Shown here: in pieces, positions 30,337 to 40,945 of the stretch
Layout: every line of letters starts with the position of its first letter
Position numbering within the stretch: the stretch's first letter is position 1
Virus record (IMG/VR): IMGVR_UViG_3300027509_000012
Strand: one strand, 5' to 3'
DNA: 64,000 bases
Source: a virus
Made by a program: the position numbers and the translations under genes
Notes under the pieces: model-generated
Seen by the model: only the letters and a program-made list of their open reading frames with translations
The model's database searches: none
Told to the model about the DNA's origin: nothing

Positions 30337-31821
30337 ATGTCAGAACAACTATTTGAAAATTGGGACGAAACTAAAAGTGCGCTTTTAGAAAATTTGTCTG
30401 GAAACAAGCGTAAGACCGTTGATACTTTGATGGAAAACCAGAAGAACTACCTAACGGAAAGTGCTTCTGCTGGATCTACTGAAGCTCATAACATCGCGAA
30501 CTTACGTAAAACTCTTATTCCGATGATTCGTCGTGTAATCCCCGGCACTATTGCCACTGAGATTGTTGGTGTACAGGCTATGTCTGGACCAGTAGCTCAA
30601 GTTTTTACACTTCGTCATCAATATGAAGAAGCTGCAACTGGTCCTGCTGCTGGTACTGATGGAAATCCTTTTGGTCTTCCTGCTGGTATCGCACAAGGCG
30701 ACGAGCTATTCGGAAACGGATCACCTGTACGTTCTTGGTACTCTGGTGGTATCGGCGCTGATAATGCTGCTGGTGCATCTGGCCTAACTGGTGCAGGTAA
30801 CACTGAAGCTGATATCGCTGCTGCTGGTGCTCACGGTGGACCTGCTGGTTCTGCGCAAAGTGCTGCTGATGCATCACCTGATGGTTTTGAAGCTGTAACT
30901 GGTGGTGGTACTGATCAATATGGTAACGCTGCTACTCTATTACCGGGTCATCAAGGTTTCGTAGGAAACTATCGTGGTGGTTCTGGTTCATACCTAGAAG
31001 GTACTGGTGGACGTAAAGTTACCATGCGTATTCTTTCTCAGGTAGTTGAAGCTCAAAGCCGTAAGCTACAAGCTGGTTGGACCCTAGAAGCTATGCAGGA
31101 CATGAATAGCCAACACGGTCTAAACATCGAAGACGAAATGACTCGTGCACTAAGTGCTGATATCGTTCAAGAAATTGATCAAGAAATCATCACTGACCTA
31201 TTAGGTCTTGCTGGTACTGTTGCATCTTTTGATGGAGCTGGTGCAGGTACTTATGGTGCTAACTACACTCCTGCGTTCTTGGGTGATCGTTTTGCTAATC
31301 TTGGTGTTATCATCAACTATGTTGCAAACGAAATCGCACGTAAGACACGTCGAGGCGAAGCAAACTTCGTAGTTGTATCACCAATGGTGGTTTCAATCCT
31401 ACAATCTGCTTCTAAGTCAGTATTCGCTCCTGCTGTTGAAGGTTCTTTCAAAGGACCAAACAACACCATGCTAGCTGGTACTCTTAATGGTCGAATCAAG
31501 GTATACACTTACTTGTTTAACCAAGCTGGTGGTGCTGATCTATTCTCTGCTGACGGTGGTGTAACTGCTCCAGTAGGTGTTGATGATTCAATCCTAGTTG
31601 GTTATAAAGGTGGTGACAAGGAAACTGATGCAGGTTATTTCTACTGCCCATATGTTCCTTTGATGAGTTCTGGTACTGTTTACAATGCCGTAACTCACCA
31701 GCCTGTAATGTCAGTAATGACACGATACGCAAAGGCTGTCTTTACTGCGAGCGAAACCAGTCTAGGCAACAGTAGCGACTATTACGGGAAAATAAATATT
31801 GATAACATGGACTTTGCATAA
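30337..31821 (+). CDS. gp23: Major capsid protein
   Basis: LIPMIRRV.P..IA.EIVGVQ.M.GP, SRKL.A.WT.E..QD, GYFYCPYVPL, MTRY. Confidence 0.97.
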   Translation: MSEQLFENWDETKSALLENLSGNKRKTVDTLMENQKNYLTESASAGSTEAHNIANLRKTLIPMIRRVIPGTIATEIVGVQAMSGPVAQVFTLRHQYEEAATGPAAGTDGNPFGLPAGIAQGDELFGNGSPVRSWYSGGIGADNAAGASGLTGAGNTEADIAAAGAHGGPAGSAQSAADASPDGFEAVTGGGTDQYGNAATLLPGHQGFVGNYRGGSGSYLEGTGGRKVTMRILSQVVEAQSRKLQAGWTLEAMQDMNSQHGLNIEDEMTRALSADIVQEIDQEIITDLLGLAGTVASFDGAGAGTYGANYTPAFLGDRFANLGVIINYVANEIARKTRRGEANFVVVSPMVVSILQSASKSVFAPAVEGSFKGPNNTMLAGTLNGRIKVYTYLFNQAGGADLFSADGGVTAPVGVDDSILVGYKGGDKETDAGYFYCPYVPLMSSGTVYNAVTHQPVMSVMTRYAKAVFTASETSLGNSSDYYGKINIDNMDFA

Positions 31822-31846
31822 GTTTAAATCAGTATAAGTAAAAACG

Positions 31847-31875
31847 AAAAAGCCGCTATAAAAGCGGCTTTTTTT
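31847..31875 (+). terminator. Rho-independent terminator (likely bidirectional)
   Basis: AAAAAGCCGCT-ATAA-AAGCGGCTTTTTTT-type hairpin between convergent genes. Confidence 0.85.
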
Positions 31876-31898
31876 ATTCCAATATTTTAGTTCTGATT

Positions 31899-34172
31899 TT
31901 ATTCCAATATTTTAGATCCCTTTGAAATATTTTCTTCCCATGTAAGCATCTGAAGATTATCTATATGAGCACATTCATCAATTGGTATATCATTATCAAA
32001 ACAATAACGAACTGATTTAATATGATCTAATTGATAAGCACCCTCAACACCAGCCTTACCTCTTGGTAGATTATCAGGATTTATTAGTTCATGGTGTTTG
32101 TCATATATAACTTTAGTTGCTAAATGAACATCAGCTCTATATTTTTCCCAGTCACTTGCAGTTTTTCTATATTCAATAGATCGATTATTATTGTATTCAT
32201 TAAATCGTCCTCGTTTTTTAATATCATTACATGTTCGACAATTAACATTTTTATATTTTAAATTGTCAACTCTACTATCAACGTCATGTCCACATATGTT
32301 ATTTCTAACTCTGACTTTAAGATGTTTTTCGGTTGTGTTCTCTTTTTCATAATACCCAATAACCCTAACAAAAGTAAATTTATCACCAATAGATTCAATT
32401 AATTTTTTAACAGATTCTTTTTGTCTGTTTATTTTCAAACATTTAGGGCATCCACTGTTTCCAGTTTCTTTAAATGTTTGAATTTTTCCTTTTGGTGTTG
32501 CACTCCATACATGTCCACATTCTAAACATTCCATATCATGATGATCACTTGCTTTTGTATATTCACTCAATAATCGTATTTTATTATTAACAAGTAATTT
32601 TTCTTCTATTGTTTTAGGTGAAACTTTTATTGCTTTATCGTTTGTAATTTTAAATCTAAGTTTTCCACTGTCCCATATACGAAATATATCATTATAGAAT
32701 GTATTCTCATATTCTGTTTTATTTGAATCGAATTTATCCCCCAACATTCCTTTTAAAGCTTCTTTACGAAAACCAGCTTTATGCTTGCGTTCGTTATTAT
32801 ATAAATAATAATAATCTGGATTTAATGTTCCATCCAAACCCCATCCAGTAGTTTTATATAAATTTCCATCACTCCACCGCAAATCAGCAAATGATAAAAT
32901 TTCATTCCATTTTGTATTATTTTTAAAATGAGATAATAATTTACTAAATCCACCAATTACTCTTTTTGAAGTAGCATATCGATTTAATGTAAAATTATAA
33001 GAAGAATCTTTTTTAAATATCATTACTGCTACTAGATTATCATCATTAAATAATCCCAATTCTATTGAAGACGGTCCATCACCTTGTATGTGATTATCAT
33101 TTAAAAACGATAATTTCTCTTTTTTAGAGACTTCTTTAACTTTACAATTTCTTCCATATACAACACCTCTATCATCAATACCTAATAATGATTTAATTTT
33201 AGATTCCACTTGTGTTCGTCGGTTAGTCCATTCATCTTCATATATAGTAATTAACTGATAACCTAAATCAGCACACATCGATACTTTATCAGAATGGTAT
33301 ACATTATCGTTCTGATCAGTTCCCCAATGTATTTTAATATATTGAATTGCCAATTTTTGATCTGGTATTACAATACTAAGTTCTTTAGGCGCGATTAACG
33401 TTTCATCATCATATAAAATTTCATCATCATATATAGATTGAATAAAAGCAACTAACTCAGCGTTACCGTTACTGTTTGAAACCATCGCTGGTTTTATATC
33501 TTTTGGCTTTGATTTACTATTTAATTTTTTTCTTTTTCCTTCTAAATAACAATCTCGACATCCGACACCCGATTGATGGTCGTTAGCTACCCGATCAAAA
33601 TCGCCATGTTTTTTGCATACAATTGTTACTTCATTAAAAGCACCTGTATATACTACCTTTGAATAATCGTAGGTGTCTCCATGTTTTTTAATAAAATCTT
33701 TAATTACATCATCTTGAGACTTTACTTGTTTTTTACCACGAATAATATCACCACATTTGCTACATCCACGACCTCTTATATGGCTTTGTGCTTCTTGATC
33801 GAATGGTCCATGAATTGGGCATGTAATAGTTATTTTATCTTTACCCTTTGTATAGACTGATTTTGAGTAATCATAATATTCACCATGCTCCAATTTTGCT
33901 TCAATAACCCACTGTTCGGTTGTTTTTGTATTCTTTGTTGTTGGGGGTGAAGGTGGTTTGCAGTGTTTGCATCCTTGTTCATTAATAACGTGCGTTACAT
34001 AAGTTTTAAAAAATTCGCCATGTTTTTTACATATAATAGCGAATTTCTGTTTATTGTTCTTATACTCAAATTCTGGATATTCGTATTCATCACCAAAAAT
34101 AGCTCTGGCTCGTTCCACCACGATATCGTAATTAAGCTTCTTATTTGTTTGTTTTTCGTTTTTCATGTGCAT
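31899..34172 (-). CDS. Hef-like homing endonuclease (DUF723-like repeats, degenerate nuclease, GNAT/Mom-like domain, zinc ribbons, C-terminal HNH); start may be the second Met at 34166
   Basis: Central region closely similar to the 47925 ORF (NHIQGDGPSS, SFADLRWSDGNLY); C-terminal QLDHI...NLQML...N.SK. Confidence 0.8.
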   Translation of the reverse strand: MHMKNEKQTNKKLNYDIVVERARAIFGDEYEYPEFEYKNNKQKFAIICKKHGEFFKTYVTHVINEQGCKHCKPPSPPTTKNTKTTEQWVIEAKLEHGEYYDYSKSVYTKGKDKITITCPIHGPFDQEAQSHIRGRGCSKCGDIIRGKKQVKSQDDVIKDFIKKHGDTYDYSKVVYTGAFNEVTIVCKKHGDFDRVANDHQSGVGCRDCYLEGKRKKLNSKSKPKDIKPAMVSNSNGNAELVAFIQSIYDDEILYDDETLIAPKELSIVIPDQKLAIQYIKIHWGTDQNDNVYHSDKVSMCADLGYQLITIYEDEWTNRRTQVESKIKSLLGIDDRGVVYGRNCKVKEVSKKEKLSFLNDNHIQGDGPSSIELGLFNDDNLVAVMIFKKDSSYNFTLNRYATSKRVIGGFSKLLSHFKNNTKWNEILSFADLRWSDGNLYKTTGWGLDGTLNPDYYYLYNNERKHKAGFRKEALKGMLGDKFDSNKTEYENTFYNDIFRIWDSGKLRFKITNDKAIKVSPKTIEEKLLVNNKIRLLSEYTKASDHHDMECLECGHVWSATPKGKIQTFKETGNSGCPKCLKINRQKESVKKLIESIGDKFTFVRVIGYYEKENTTEKHLKVRVRNNICGHDVDSRVDNLKYKNVNCRTCNDIKKRGRFNEYNNNRSIEYRKTASDWEKYRADVHLATKVIYDKHHELINPDNLPRGKAGVEGAYQLDHIKSVRYCFDNDIPIDECAHIDNLQMLTWEENISKGSKILE

Positions 34173-34330
34173 ATTATACTATCGAATTAATTAAATTAAC
34201 GGAATCACATCACACTTTCCACCATTAATTAATCAAAAATTACTCTCATCATAATACACCCTAAATAGAATAAACGAGATTTATAACTCAAAATATATAA
34301 ATATTTAAAACCTAAAGTGATACGCTTGAT

Positions 34331-34657
34331 ATGTCTGAAAAATTAACTTTTAAAGAATATTTAAATTCTAAAAAAGCACTGCTCGATGCAGTAGATAGCA
34401 CACCAGAAGAAATCATTGAATATGAAGTCACGAAGTACTGCAATCTAGCAGTCAATGAATTAGGCACCAAACAACAAGTAAAATTAAAACCCCGCAATAA
34501 ACTATTCGTTAATTGGATGTACCGAGATAAAAACAAACCAGAAGTAAAAGAAATACAATTCGAAGGTACTACAATGGACGATACCAGTCTAGATCCATCA
34601 TGGCCTGAAGAACGACTCCTAAAGTGGTTAATGAAAAACACCAACAAAAATAGTTAA
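34331..34657 (+). CDS. Hypothetical protein, possibly head-internal
   Basis: N-terminal LTFKEYL; late boxes upstream. Confidence 0.7.
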   Translation: MSEKLTFKEYLNSKKALLDAVDSTPEEIIEYEVTKYCNLAVNELGTKQQVKLKPRNKLFVNWMYRDKNKPEVKEIQFEGTTMDDTSLDPSWPEERLLKWLMKNTNKNS

Positions 34658-34716
34658 TAGTTAATTAATAATCCTATTTAGAATAAATAGTAGATATATG
34701 CACTTACGGAGTAATT

Positions 34717-37700
34717 ATGTCATTTTTTAGCTCACCATCTGACGTATCAGGTACTATCAAACTTGAAGGTGAAAAGATCGCAGTATCTTTCAAACAAGGT
34801 CTACCAGAATCTGGTCAAGGTACTGTCGTATGGAATATTCCATCTCCTATTGCTGGCTGTGAAACAATGTCAGCACCTAACAGTGCTTACTGTGGAATAG
34901 TAATAACATTAAGTGAAACAGCATCTACCTACGCTCAAGCTCCCAAAGATGGTGTTCGATATACTGCTGACCCAACTGCCGATCCAGAACTACATGCTGG
35001 TGATAATATTGCTGGTGCTTGTGTTATTGGTGCTTTTTACGAAGGTGAGAAAAAAGGTGCTGGTCTAGAATTAACTACATCATTTGTTGTAACAGATGTT
35101 GATCCAGATAAATTTTATTATGTAACGGCTTACGCTGTTGATTGTCAAGGTCGCCACCACACGGATGGAATGAGAGCTTATGCTGCTGATCTTGGTGATA
35201 TCGAAGAACCAGCAAGTCCTGCAAAATCATCTGTTACACTTAACGATGGTAAAGGTGCAAAACCTACGGATGGAACGAATCTGACGCCGGGTGTTGAGTA
35301 TGGATTTGAGTTTGATTTAAATACATCTTTTCCAGATGATTCACCAGAGAGTAATAGAATAGTAGTTAAGTTTGATGGTGAGGATGCTCAGACTTATGGT
35401 GATATGGTTGATACGATCAATGATCAACTAGCAGATACAGATAATCCATTTAGAAGTACCGTACCACCAAATGCAGGCTCACTTCAGTGGGATGATGATT
35501 CCAAAACACTAAAAGAATTTAATGGAAATCTATACGCTACAGTACCTGATGTAATTGTAAGTGATGGTACTGATCCAACAGCACTAGTTGATGGAGATGA
35601 TTATTGGTTCGATCTAGATGGTATGCAATTTAAAGTTAGAAACTCAGCTAATTTAGTAAATGATGGTTGGGATGATTTCACTACCATCATTCATCCAACA
35701 GATCCATCACAACCTGAATGTGATGAAGTATGGTTCAATGGAACAGAAGCACGTAAATGGTCTGGTACTGTTTGGTGTGAACTACAATTATTTTCACAGG
35801 ATAATGATCCTTCATTACGCGCAGAAGGAATATGTGGACAGTTTTGGTATAACTCAGATATAAAAAGTTTATTTGGTTATGATGTAGATAATCAAACATG
35901 GGTTGAAAAGTTTGCTATTAATTTACCAATCGCACCTAATACTATTCCAGCAGGATTCTTTTGGTTTGATGAAACCGTTGGTGTTATTAGAGAACGAAAG
36001 ATTGTAGGTTCAAGCTTTGAGTGGGTTCCAAGATTAGAAACCGATTCAGCAATTGGAGAAGTAACTCCAGCTAATCCTACAGTTGATTATGTTTGGTACA
36101 AGCCATCCATAGATCAAATCCACGTTTATAATGGTACTAAATTTGTTGCATTAGAGCCAGATGCTTATGTGTCATGGCCTACTGATCCTTCAGATGTTTC
36201 ATCATGTTCACTATGGTGGAATGATTATGTTGATCCTGATGAATTAAAAGAATGGGATTCATTATCTAACGCATGGGTTTTAGTTGCTCAATTTGATAAT
36301 ACTAATGTTGATCCATTAGATCCACCAGAGATTAAAGAAGATTCAATTTGGAATGATACGTCTACCAATACATTAAAGTTATGGGATGGCGCTTGTTACA
36401 GTGATGAATTTTCATATATTGATTATCCAACCGATCCAACAAAATTAGATCCAGCAGATGCCGATGCACCAAATACTGCATGGTTTGATACAACTGAAAA
36501 ACAATGGAAGATTTTTACTACTGGTGGTTCATTACCAGCAGCATGGACAGAAGTTGATGCAATCGTAAGAAATGATGATCCAGCTAAACCAGTAGCGGGT
36601 CAGTATTGGTTTGATGATGAAAATGATATTTTATATCAACGTACATCTACAGATACATGGAAACCAGAAGCATTTACAACGAAGCCAATATCAAACGCGG
36701 TTGGAACTTTGTGGTTTGATATAAACGATAAAACATTAAAAGAATGGAATGGTAAAAATTGGGTTCCAGCTAAAAGTAAAGTAAGCGCTGGTTTAGATAA
36801 TAAAGGAAATCTTGTATTTGAAACTAGAGAAGGTGGTTCGTGTGTTTCATTATTAATGTTAGTGCCGGGTGTTAATCAGCAAACAGAAAATGATCCTAAC
36901 GTAACTACTAGTGGTGTAAAACACGCTGGTGGTTATATGCGAACATACACAGATAATCCATTTGAACTTCCACAATACTTAAACACTTCATTACCAGATG
37001 ATGTTTTTTTGTTCGATGCAATTGAAGATGCGAGTGTACAACCAGCTCAAGTTGGTCATGATGGATTACAATCACAACCAGCGTATGCACAAATTGGTGT
37101 AGGAACGGATGGTTCCGCAGATGAACGTCGAGAATTATCACACAGTATACGAGTACAGTTGGGGCATCCAGTAGTAGAAGTAGAATTAACTGAAGAACAA
37201 TTACAGACCTGCATAACTGGTGCATTTGAATCATTGAGAAAGAGAAGTGATATAGCATATAGACGTGAGTTTTATATGTTTGATACAAGGCCGGGTATTC
37301 AGAAATATTCTATGACGAATAGAAAAGCAAACTTTCATAAGATCGTTGGTATTCATGGAGCGCATAGACGATCTGGTGTATTTGGTGGTGGTTATTCTAG
37401 TAACTCAGTATTTGATCAGTTATTTACTAATCAATTATATCAAAATACAACACACGGTGGATTTGATCTAACATCATTGCATTTATCACAACAGTATCTA
37501 GAGCAAATAGAACTTATGTTTGCAACTCGATTAACATTTCATTTTTCTGAACATGATCGAATGTTAAATTTACATCAAGCAATGCATAAGCAAGAACGTA
37601 TATTGCTTGATACTACAATTGATAGAACAGAGCAAGATATGCTTAAAGATCGTTTTGTTAAATCTTGGATTGAGCGACACGCAATGGCATCAGCTCGATT

Positions 37701-37884
37701 AAATCTATCTGAGATTCGTGGTAAGTACGGAACATTACCCGGCGCTGGTGGTGGTGTATCTTTGAATGCATCTGATCTTGCAGCACAAGCACGAGAAGAT
37801 TTTGCTGATTGTTCTGCTCAGCTTGAAAATTATATTGCAGCACAAAACGAAATGTATGGTGCATGGGATTGCGTGATAGGATAA
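34717..37884 (+). CDS. gp13: Neck protein gp13-like with a long Trp-rich N-terminal extension
   Basis: C-terminal LGHPVVEVELTEEQL and LSEIRGKYGTLPGAGGGVSLN; N-terminal WFD/WND repeats. Confidence 0.88.
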   Translation: MSFFSSPSDVSGTIKLEGEKIAVSFKQGLPESGQGTVVWNIPSPIAGCETMSAPNSAYCGIVITLSETASTYAQAPKDGVRYTADPTADPELHAGDNIAGACVIGAFYEGEKKGAGLELTTSFVVTDVDPDKFYYVTAYAVDCQGRHHTDGMRAYAADLGDIEEPASPAKSSVTLNDGKGAKPTDGTNLTPGVEYGFEFDLNTSFPDDSPESNRIVVKFDGEDAQTYGDMVDTINDQLADTDNPFRSTVPPNAGSLQWDDDSKTLKEFNGNLYATVPDVIVSDGTDPTALVDGDDYWFDLDGMQFKVRNSANLVNDGWDDFTTIIHPTDPSQPECDEVWFNGTEARKWSGTVWCELQLFSQDNDPSLRAEGICGQFWYNSDIKSLFGYDVDNQTWVEKFAINLPIAPNTIPAGFFWFDETVGVIRERKIVGSSFEWVPRLETDSAIGEVTPANPTVDYVWYKPSIDQIHVYNGTKFVALEPDAYVSWPTDPSDVSSCSLWWNDYVDPDELKEWDSLSNAWVLVAQFDNTNVDPLDPPEIKEDSIWNDTSTNTLKLWDGACYSDEFSYIDYPTDPTKLDPADADAPNTAWFDTTEKQWKIFTTGGSLPAAWTEVDAIVRNDDPAKPVAGQYWFDDENDILYQRTSTDTWKPEAFTTKPISNAVGTLWFDINDKTLKEWNGKNWVPAKSKVSAGLDNKGNLVFETREGGSCVSLLMLVPGVNQQTENDPNVTTSGVKHAGGYMRTYTDNPFELPQYLNTSLPDDVFLFDAIEDASVQPAQVGHDGLQSQPAYAQIGVGTDGSADERRELSHSIRVQLGHPVVEVELTEEQLQTCITGAFESLRKRSDIAYRREFYMFDTRPGIQKYSMTNRKANFHKIVGIHGAHRRSGVFGGGYSSNSVFDQLFTNQLYQNTTHGGFDLTSLHLSQQYLEQIELMFATRLTFHFSEHDRMLNLHQAMHKQERILLDTTIDRTEQDMLKDRFVKSWIERHAMASARLNLSEIRGKYGTLPGAGGGVSLNASDLAAQAREDFADCSAQLENYIAAQNEMYGAWDCVIG

Positions 37885-37887
37885 ATT

Positions 37888-38127
37888 ATGAAATTAAATG
37901 AATTAGATTTAACCACATTTGGTAAAAAGAATAAGGAATTAGATGTTCCTAAATATACTGATGGTTACGATTATGGTGATAAGAGTAACAACATAGCTAC
38001 AAATGATGTTGTTGTTAAAAGCTCTAAAGACGGAACTGTTTATGGTCGCAGACAAGTTAAACAGCGCAAATTAAAAAAGTCTAAGACTAATCCACACAAA
38101 AACTGGGATGGGTTGAAAAAACTATAA
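37888..38127 (+). CDS. Small basic hypothetical protein
   Basis: MKLNEL N-terminus; stop overlaps the next start. Confidence 0.65.
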   Translation: MKLNELDLTTFGKKNKELDVPKYTDGYDYGDKSNNIATNDVVVKSSKDGTVYGRRQVKQRKLKKSKTNPHKNWDGLKKL

Positions 38128-39773
38128 TGAGTAAAAAAACTGGATGTGAAGGTACTTACGGTCCAAAAGCATTAGATAATTTAGCAGCACAGACTAACCA
38201 AACTGATTCTGGCTGTCTACCAAGCCAAGCTGCTCTTGATCCTGCGTGTAAGCCGTGGCAATTAACCCTGTCTAACGATGCCTCCATTATAGATAGTTAC
38301 GCTGCTGAGAGTCTTAGCATAGCCGGTGGCGATGCAAACGTGTTCAAACTGCTAGGCGTTCATGAGCAAACTAAGATAGTCGATGCTACAGGCTTTGGTG
38401 ATCCAATTTCAGGCGGTCAAGTCGGAGCATATCCAGCGAAAAATGCATTTAATATTTACGATACATCTTGGAAGTCAATTCAAAAGGGTGAAGATGCAGT
38501 TGTTGCTTCAGCATTTATTGGATATGATTTTGGTTTAATTAAAATAGCTAACACAGCTCGTAGAAAATACTCAGTAGATGATGCTGCGATTTATAAACAC
38601 ATCACAGCGATAGTATTAAAACAATCATCAAATCCTAGTGAACGTGCAACAAGAGTCAGAGTCGAACGTTCTCAAGATGGAAAACAATGGAAAGGTGTTC
38701 AAATAATTGAATTACCAAACGACGATTGCCTTAATACGTTCATGCTAAAAGATTCAGTATCATCTAGATTTTGGAGAGTTAGACCTATTCAATTTAATGG
38801 TGGTAAAATGGATAGTTGGGGAGTGTCAGCTCTACAATTAGTAGAAAACTATTTAGCTACTGAGGAACATAATATTCAAGATAAAATTCTTTTAGAGAAT
38901 CGGGATCGAGAATATGATATGTCATCATTACCAGTAAAAATTTATTGGGATATTCAAGAACTACAAACCGATTTAACTCGATTTGGATTGGAGATGAATA
39001 GTGAAACATTATTCATTGCTGCGAATTTCTCATCAGTGGTAGCCTCTTTAGGCCGACCATTTATTATAGGCGATATAATTCAAATTCCAGCACTAACACA
39101 ATACTCTGCAACACTAGAACCGATTGAAAAATTTATGGAAGTTGTTGATACTTTTTGGGCCGCTGAAGGATACACTCCCGGCTGGCAACCAACACTCCAA
39201 CGAGTGGTTCTTCAACCAGCATACGCTTCACGCGAAACACAAAACGTATTTGGTGATTTAAGTAATGAGCGAGAAATAGATGCACTTGGATTACTTGGCG
39301 GTGATGATGGCAATGATCCTCAATATCAGGACTATCAAGATGTGAGTGAAGAAATTGCAATACAATCAAAAATTGCTGTTCCAGAAAAAGGAACTGATGA
39401 TTCTGGTATAAGAAAATGGGAAGATGATGAGTTGGCTAAGGCTAAAGCCGCTGGTATAAATAACTTAGAATCAACTGGTCAAAGACCTGACGAATTTCAA
39501 TCATCAGATGGTATGCCACCTAACGGTGATCCATATACTGAAGGTGATGAATTTCCAGATAATCCAAAAGATAAAGCTTGGCATCGTTTAACTTATACTA
39601 ATATAAGTGATTCAAATTTACCTAGACTTCATCGCTATAGTCTTGCTAAGAAGCGATGGAGATATATAGAAACTGATTATAGATCAGCGAATAATAGTAA
39701 ACGTCCATTAATTAGGGAATTTTTGGATAACCCTACACCCATAGGACAGATTACAAAAAATGAAAGAACATAA
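38127..39773 (+). CDS. gp14: Neck protein gp14-like with an inserted discoidin/F5-8-like domain
   Basis: IQDKILLENRDREYD, DLTRFG, LGRPFIIGDIIQIP; follows gp13. Confidence 0.78.
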   Translation: MSKKTGCEGTYGPKALDNLAAQTNQTDSGCLPSQAALDPACKPWQLTLSNDASIIDSYAAESLSIAGGDANVFKLLGVHEQTKIVDATGFGDPISGGQVGAYPAKNAFNIYDTSWKSIQKGEDAVVASAFIGYDFGLIKIANTARRKYSVDDAAIYKHITAIVLKQSSNPSERATRVRVERSQDGKQWKGVQIIELPNDDCLNTFMLKDSVSSRFWRVRPIQFNGGKMDSWGVSALQLVENYLATEEHNIQDKILLENRDREYDMSSLPVKIYWDIQELQTDLTRFGLEMNSETLFIAANFSSVVASLGRPFIIGDIIQIPALTQYSATLEPIEKFMEVVDTFWAAEGYTPGWQPTLQRVVLQPAYASRETQNVFGDLSNEREIDALGLLGGDDGNDPQYQDYQDVSEEIAIQSKIAVPEKGTDDSGIRKWEDDELAKAKAAGINNLESTGQRPDEFQSSDGMPPNGDPYTEGDEFPDNPKDKAWHRLTYTNISDSNLPRLHRYSLAKKRWRYIETDYRSANNSKRPLIREFLDNPTPIGQITKNERT

Positions 39774-40521
39774 ATTAGAATATTATTATGATGAGCAATT
39801 AAAAAATCTGCTTATTCAATTTCTTGCTGTTTTCAGGGCTGTTAAGGTTAAGTCTGGTAAGACAAATGAATTAGATGAAAGATTTATTAATGTAACGGTA
39901 AAGAATGGAAGTTCAGATAGAGTTGTTGCTGCAATAAAGGGTGACAATACTCAAAACAAACCAATTCGTTTACCCATCATCGCAGGAACATTGGTCAATA
40001 TTTCATTAGAGCCATCATTAAGGAAAGGCACAGGCACTGAAAGAACTCAGACGGTGATGCCACAGGGTGGACAATTTCCAAACGATTTAAAAACTGTTAC
40101 TCAACAAATGACTATTCCATATATGGCAAACTTTGAAGTTAATATGTTTGCATCTAGTCAAGAACAACATTATGAAATGCTAGAACAGATTTTAATTTTA
40201 TTTGATCCAACATTAGAAATTCAAACATCTGATGATGTATTGGATTGGACACGCATTAGAAAGTTAGAATTGACTAATATCAATTTCGAAGAAAATCCAC
40301 CGGGTACTGATCGTAGATTAATTCAAACAGTTTTATCATTTGAAGCACCAATATATCTAACCGCTCCAGCACTTGTTCGTAAAAATTATATTGCTGAAGT
40401 AAAATTGAGAGTAGGTGCAGTTTCTAATTTAAACTCTGTAGAAGATGCATTAGTACAATTAGATCAAGATGGTATAGAGTACGATACATTAAAATCTATA
40501 AAAGATATAGATCTTGATTAA
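39760..40521 (+). CDS. gp15: Tail terminator / sheath stabiliser gp15-like
   Basis: YYYDEQLK..L.QF..VF, IPY, LEQILILFDP.LEIQ. Confidence 0.85.
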   Translation: MKEHKLEYYYDEQLKNLLIQFLAVFRAVKVKSGKTNELDERFINVTVKNGSSDRVVAAIKGDNTQNKPIRLPIIAGTLVNISLEPSLRKGTGTERTQTVMPQGGQFPNDLKTVTQQMTIPYMANFEVNMFASSQEQHYEMLEQILILFDPTLEIQTSDDVLDWTRIRKLELTNINFEENPPGTDRRLIQTVLSFEAPIYLTAPALVRKNYIAEVKLRVGAVSNLNSVEDALVQLDQDGIEYDTLKSIKDIDLD

Positions 40522-40847
40522 TTTATAAGATTTTTAGAATCACGACCACCACAGCTTCTACCACAATACTGCGAAAACTTATTATTGTTCTTACTGCCAT
40601 TTAAAATAATTTTACACGGCTCATCACATACTTTACTTTTACATATTGGTTGATGATCTATGTTTTGTATAATGCACTGTATTCTAGCTCTTATGGGCGC
40701 ATCATATTGAAGGAAACAAGTTTCTTCGACAATTTTCTGAAGATACTCTGGTTTTCTGAATAATATATATTTGTATCTGGGATTAGTCTTTCTACCATCT
40801 TTTAAAATAATATTTAAATCAATCAATTCATTTTTAAGATCATTCAT
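40518..40847 (-). CDS. Small zinc-ribbon protein (paralog of 28827-29195)
   Basis: T.FL....R.RI.CI.QN....PIC....C...YCGRSC; TAAATA 4 nt before the ATG. Confidence 0.7.
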   Translation of the reverse strand: MNDLKNELIDLNIILKDGRKTNPRYKYILFRKPEYLQKIVEETCFLQYDAPIRARIQCIIQNIDHQPICKSKVCDEPCKIILNGSKNNNKFSQYCGRSCGGRDSKNLIN

Positions 40848-40945
40848 GTAGTATTTATGATAATTACTGGGTTTCCGTTATTAAAAGTATATAAAAACAA
40901 TCATAATTGATAAATAAAACTATAATTAATCATAGGAATATTAAC

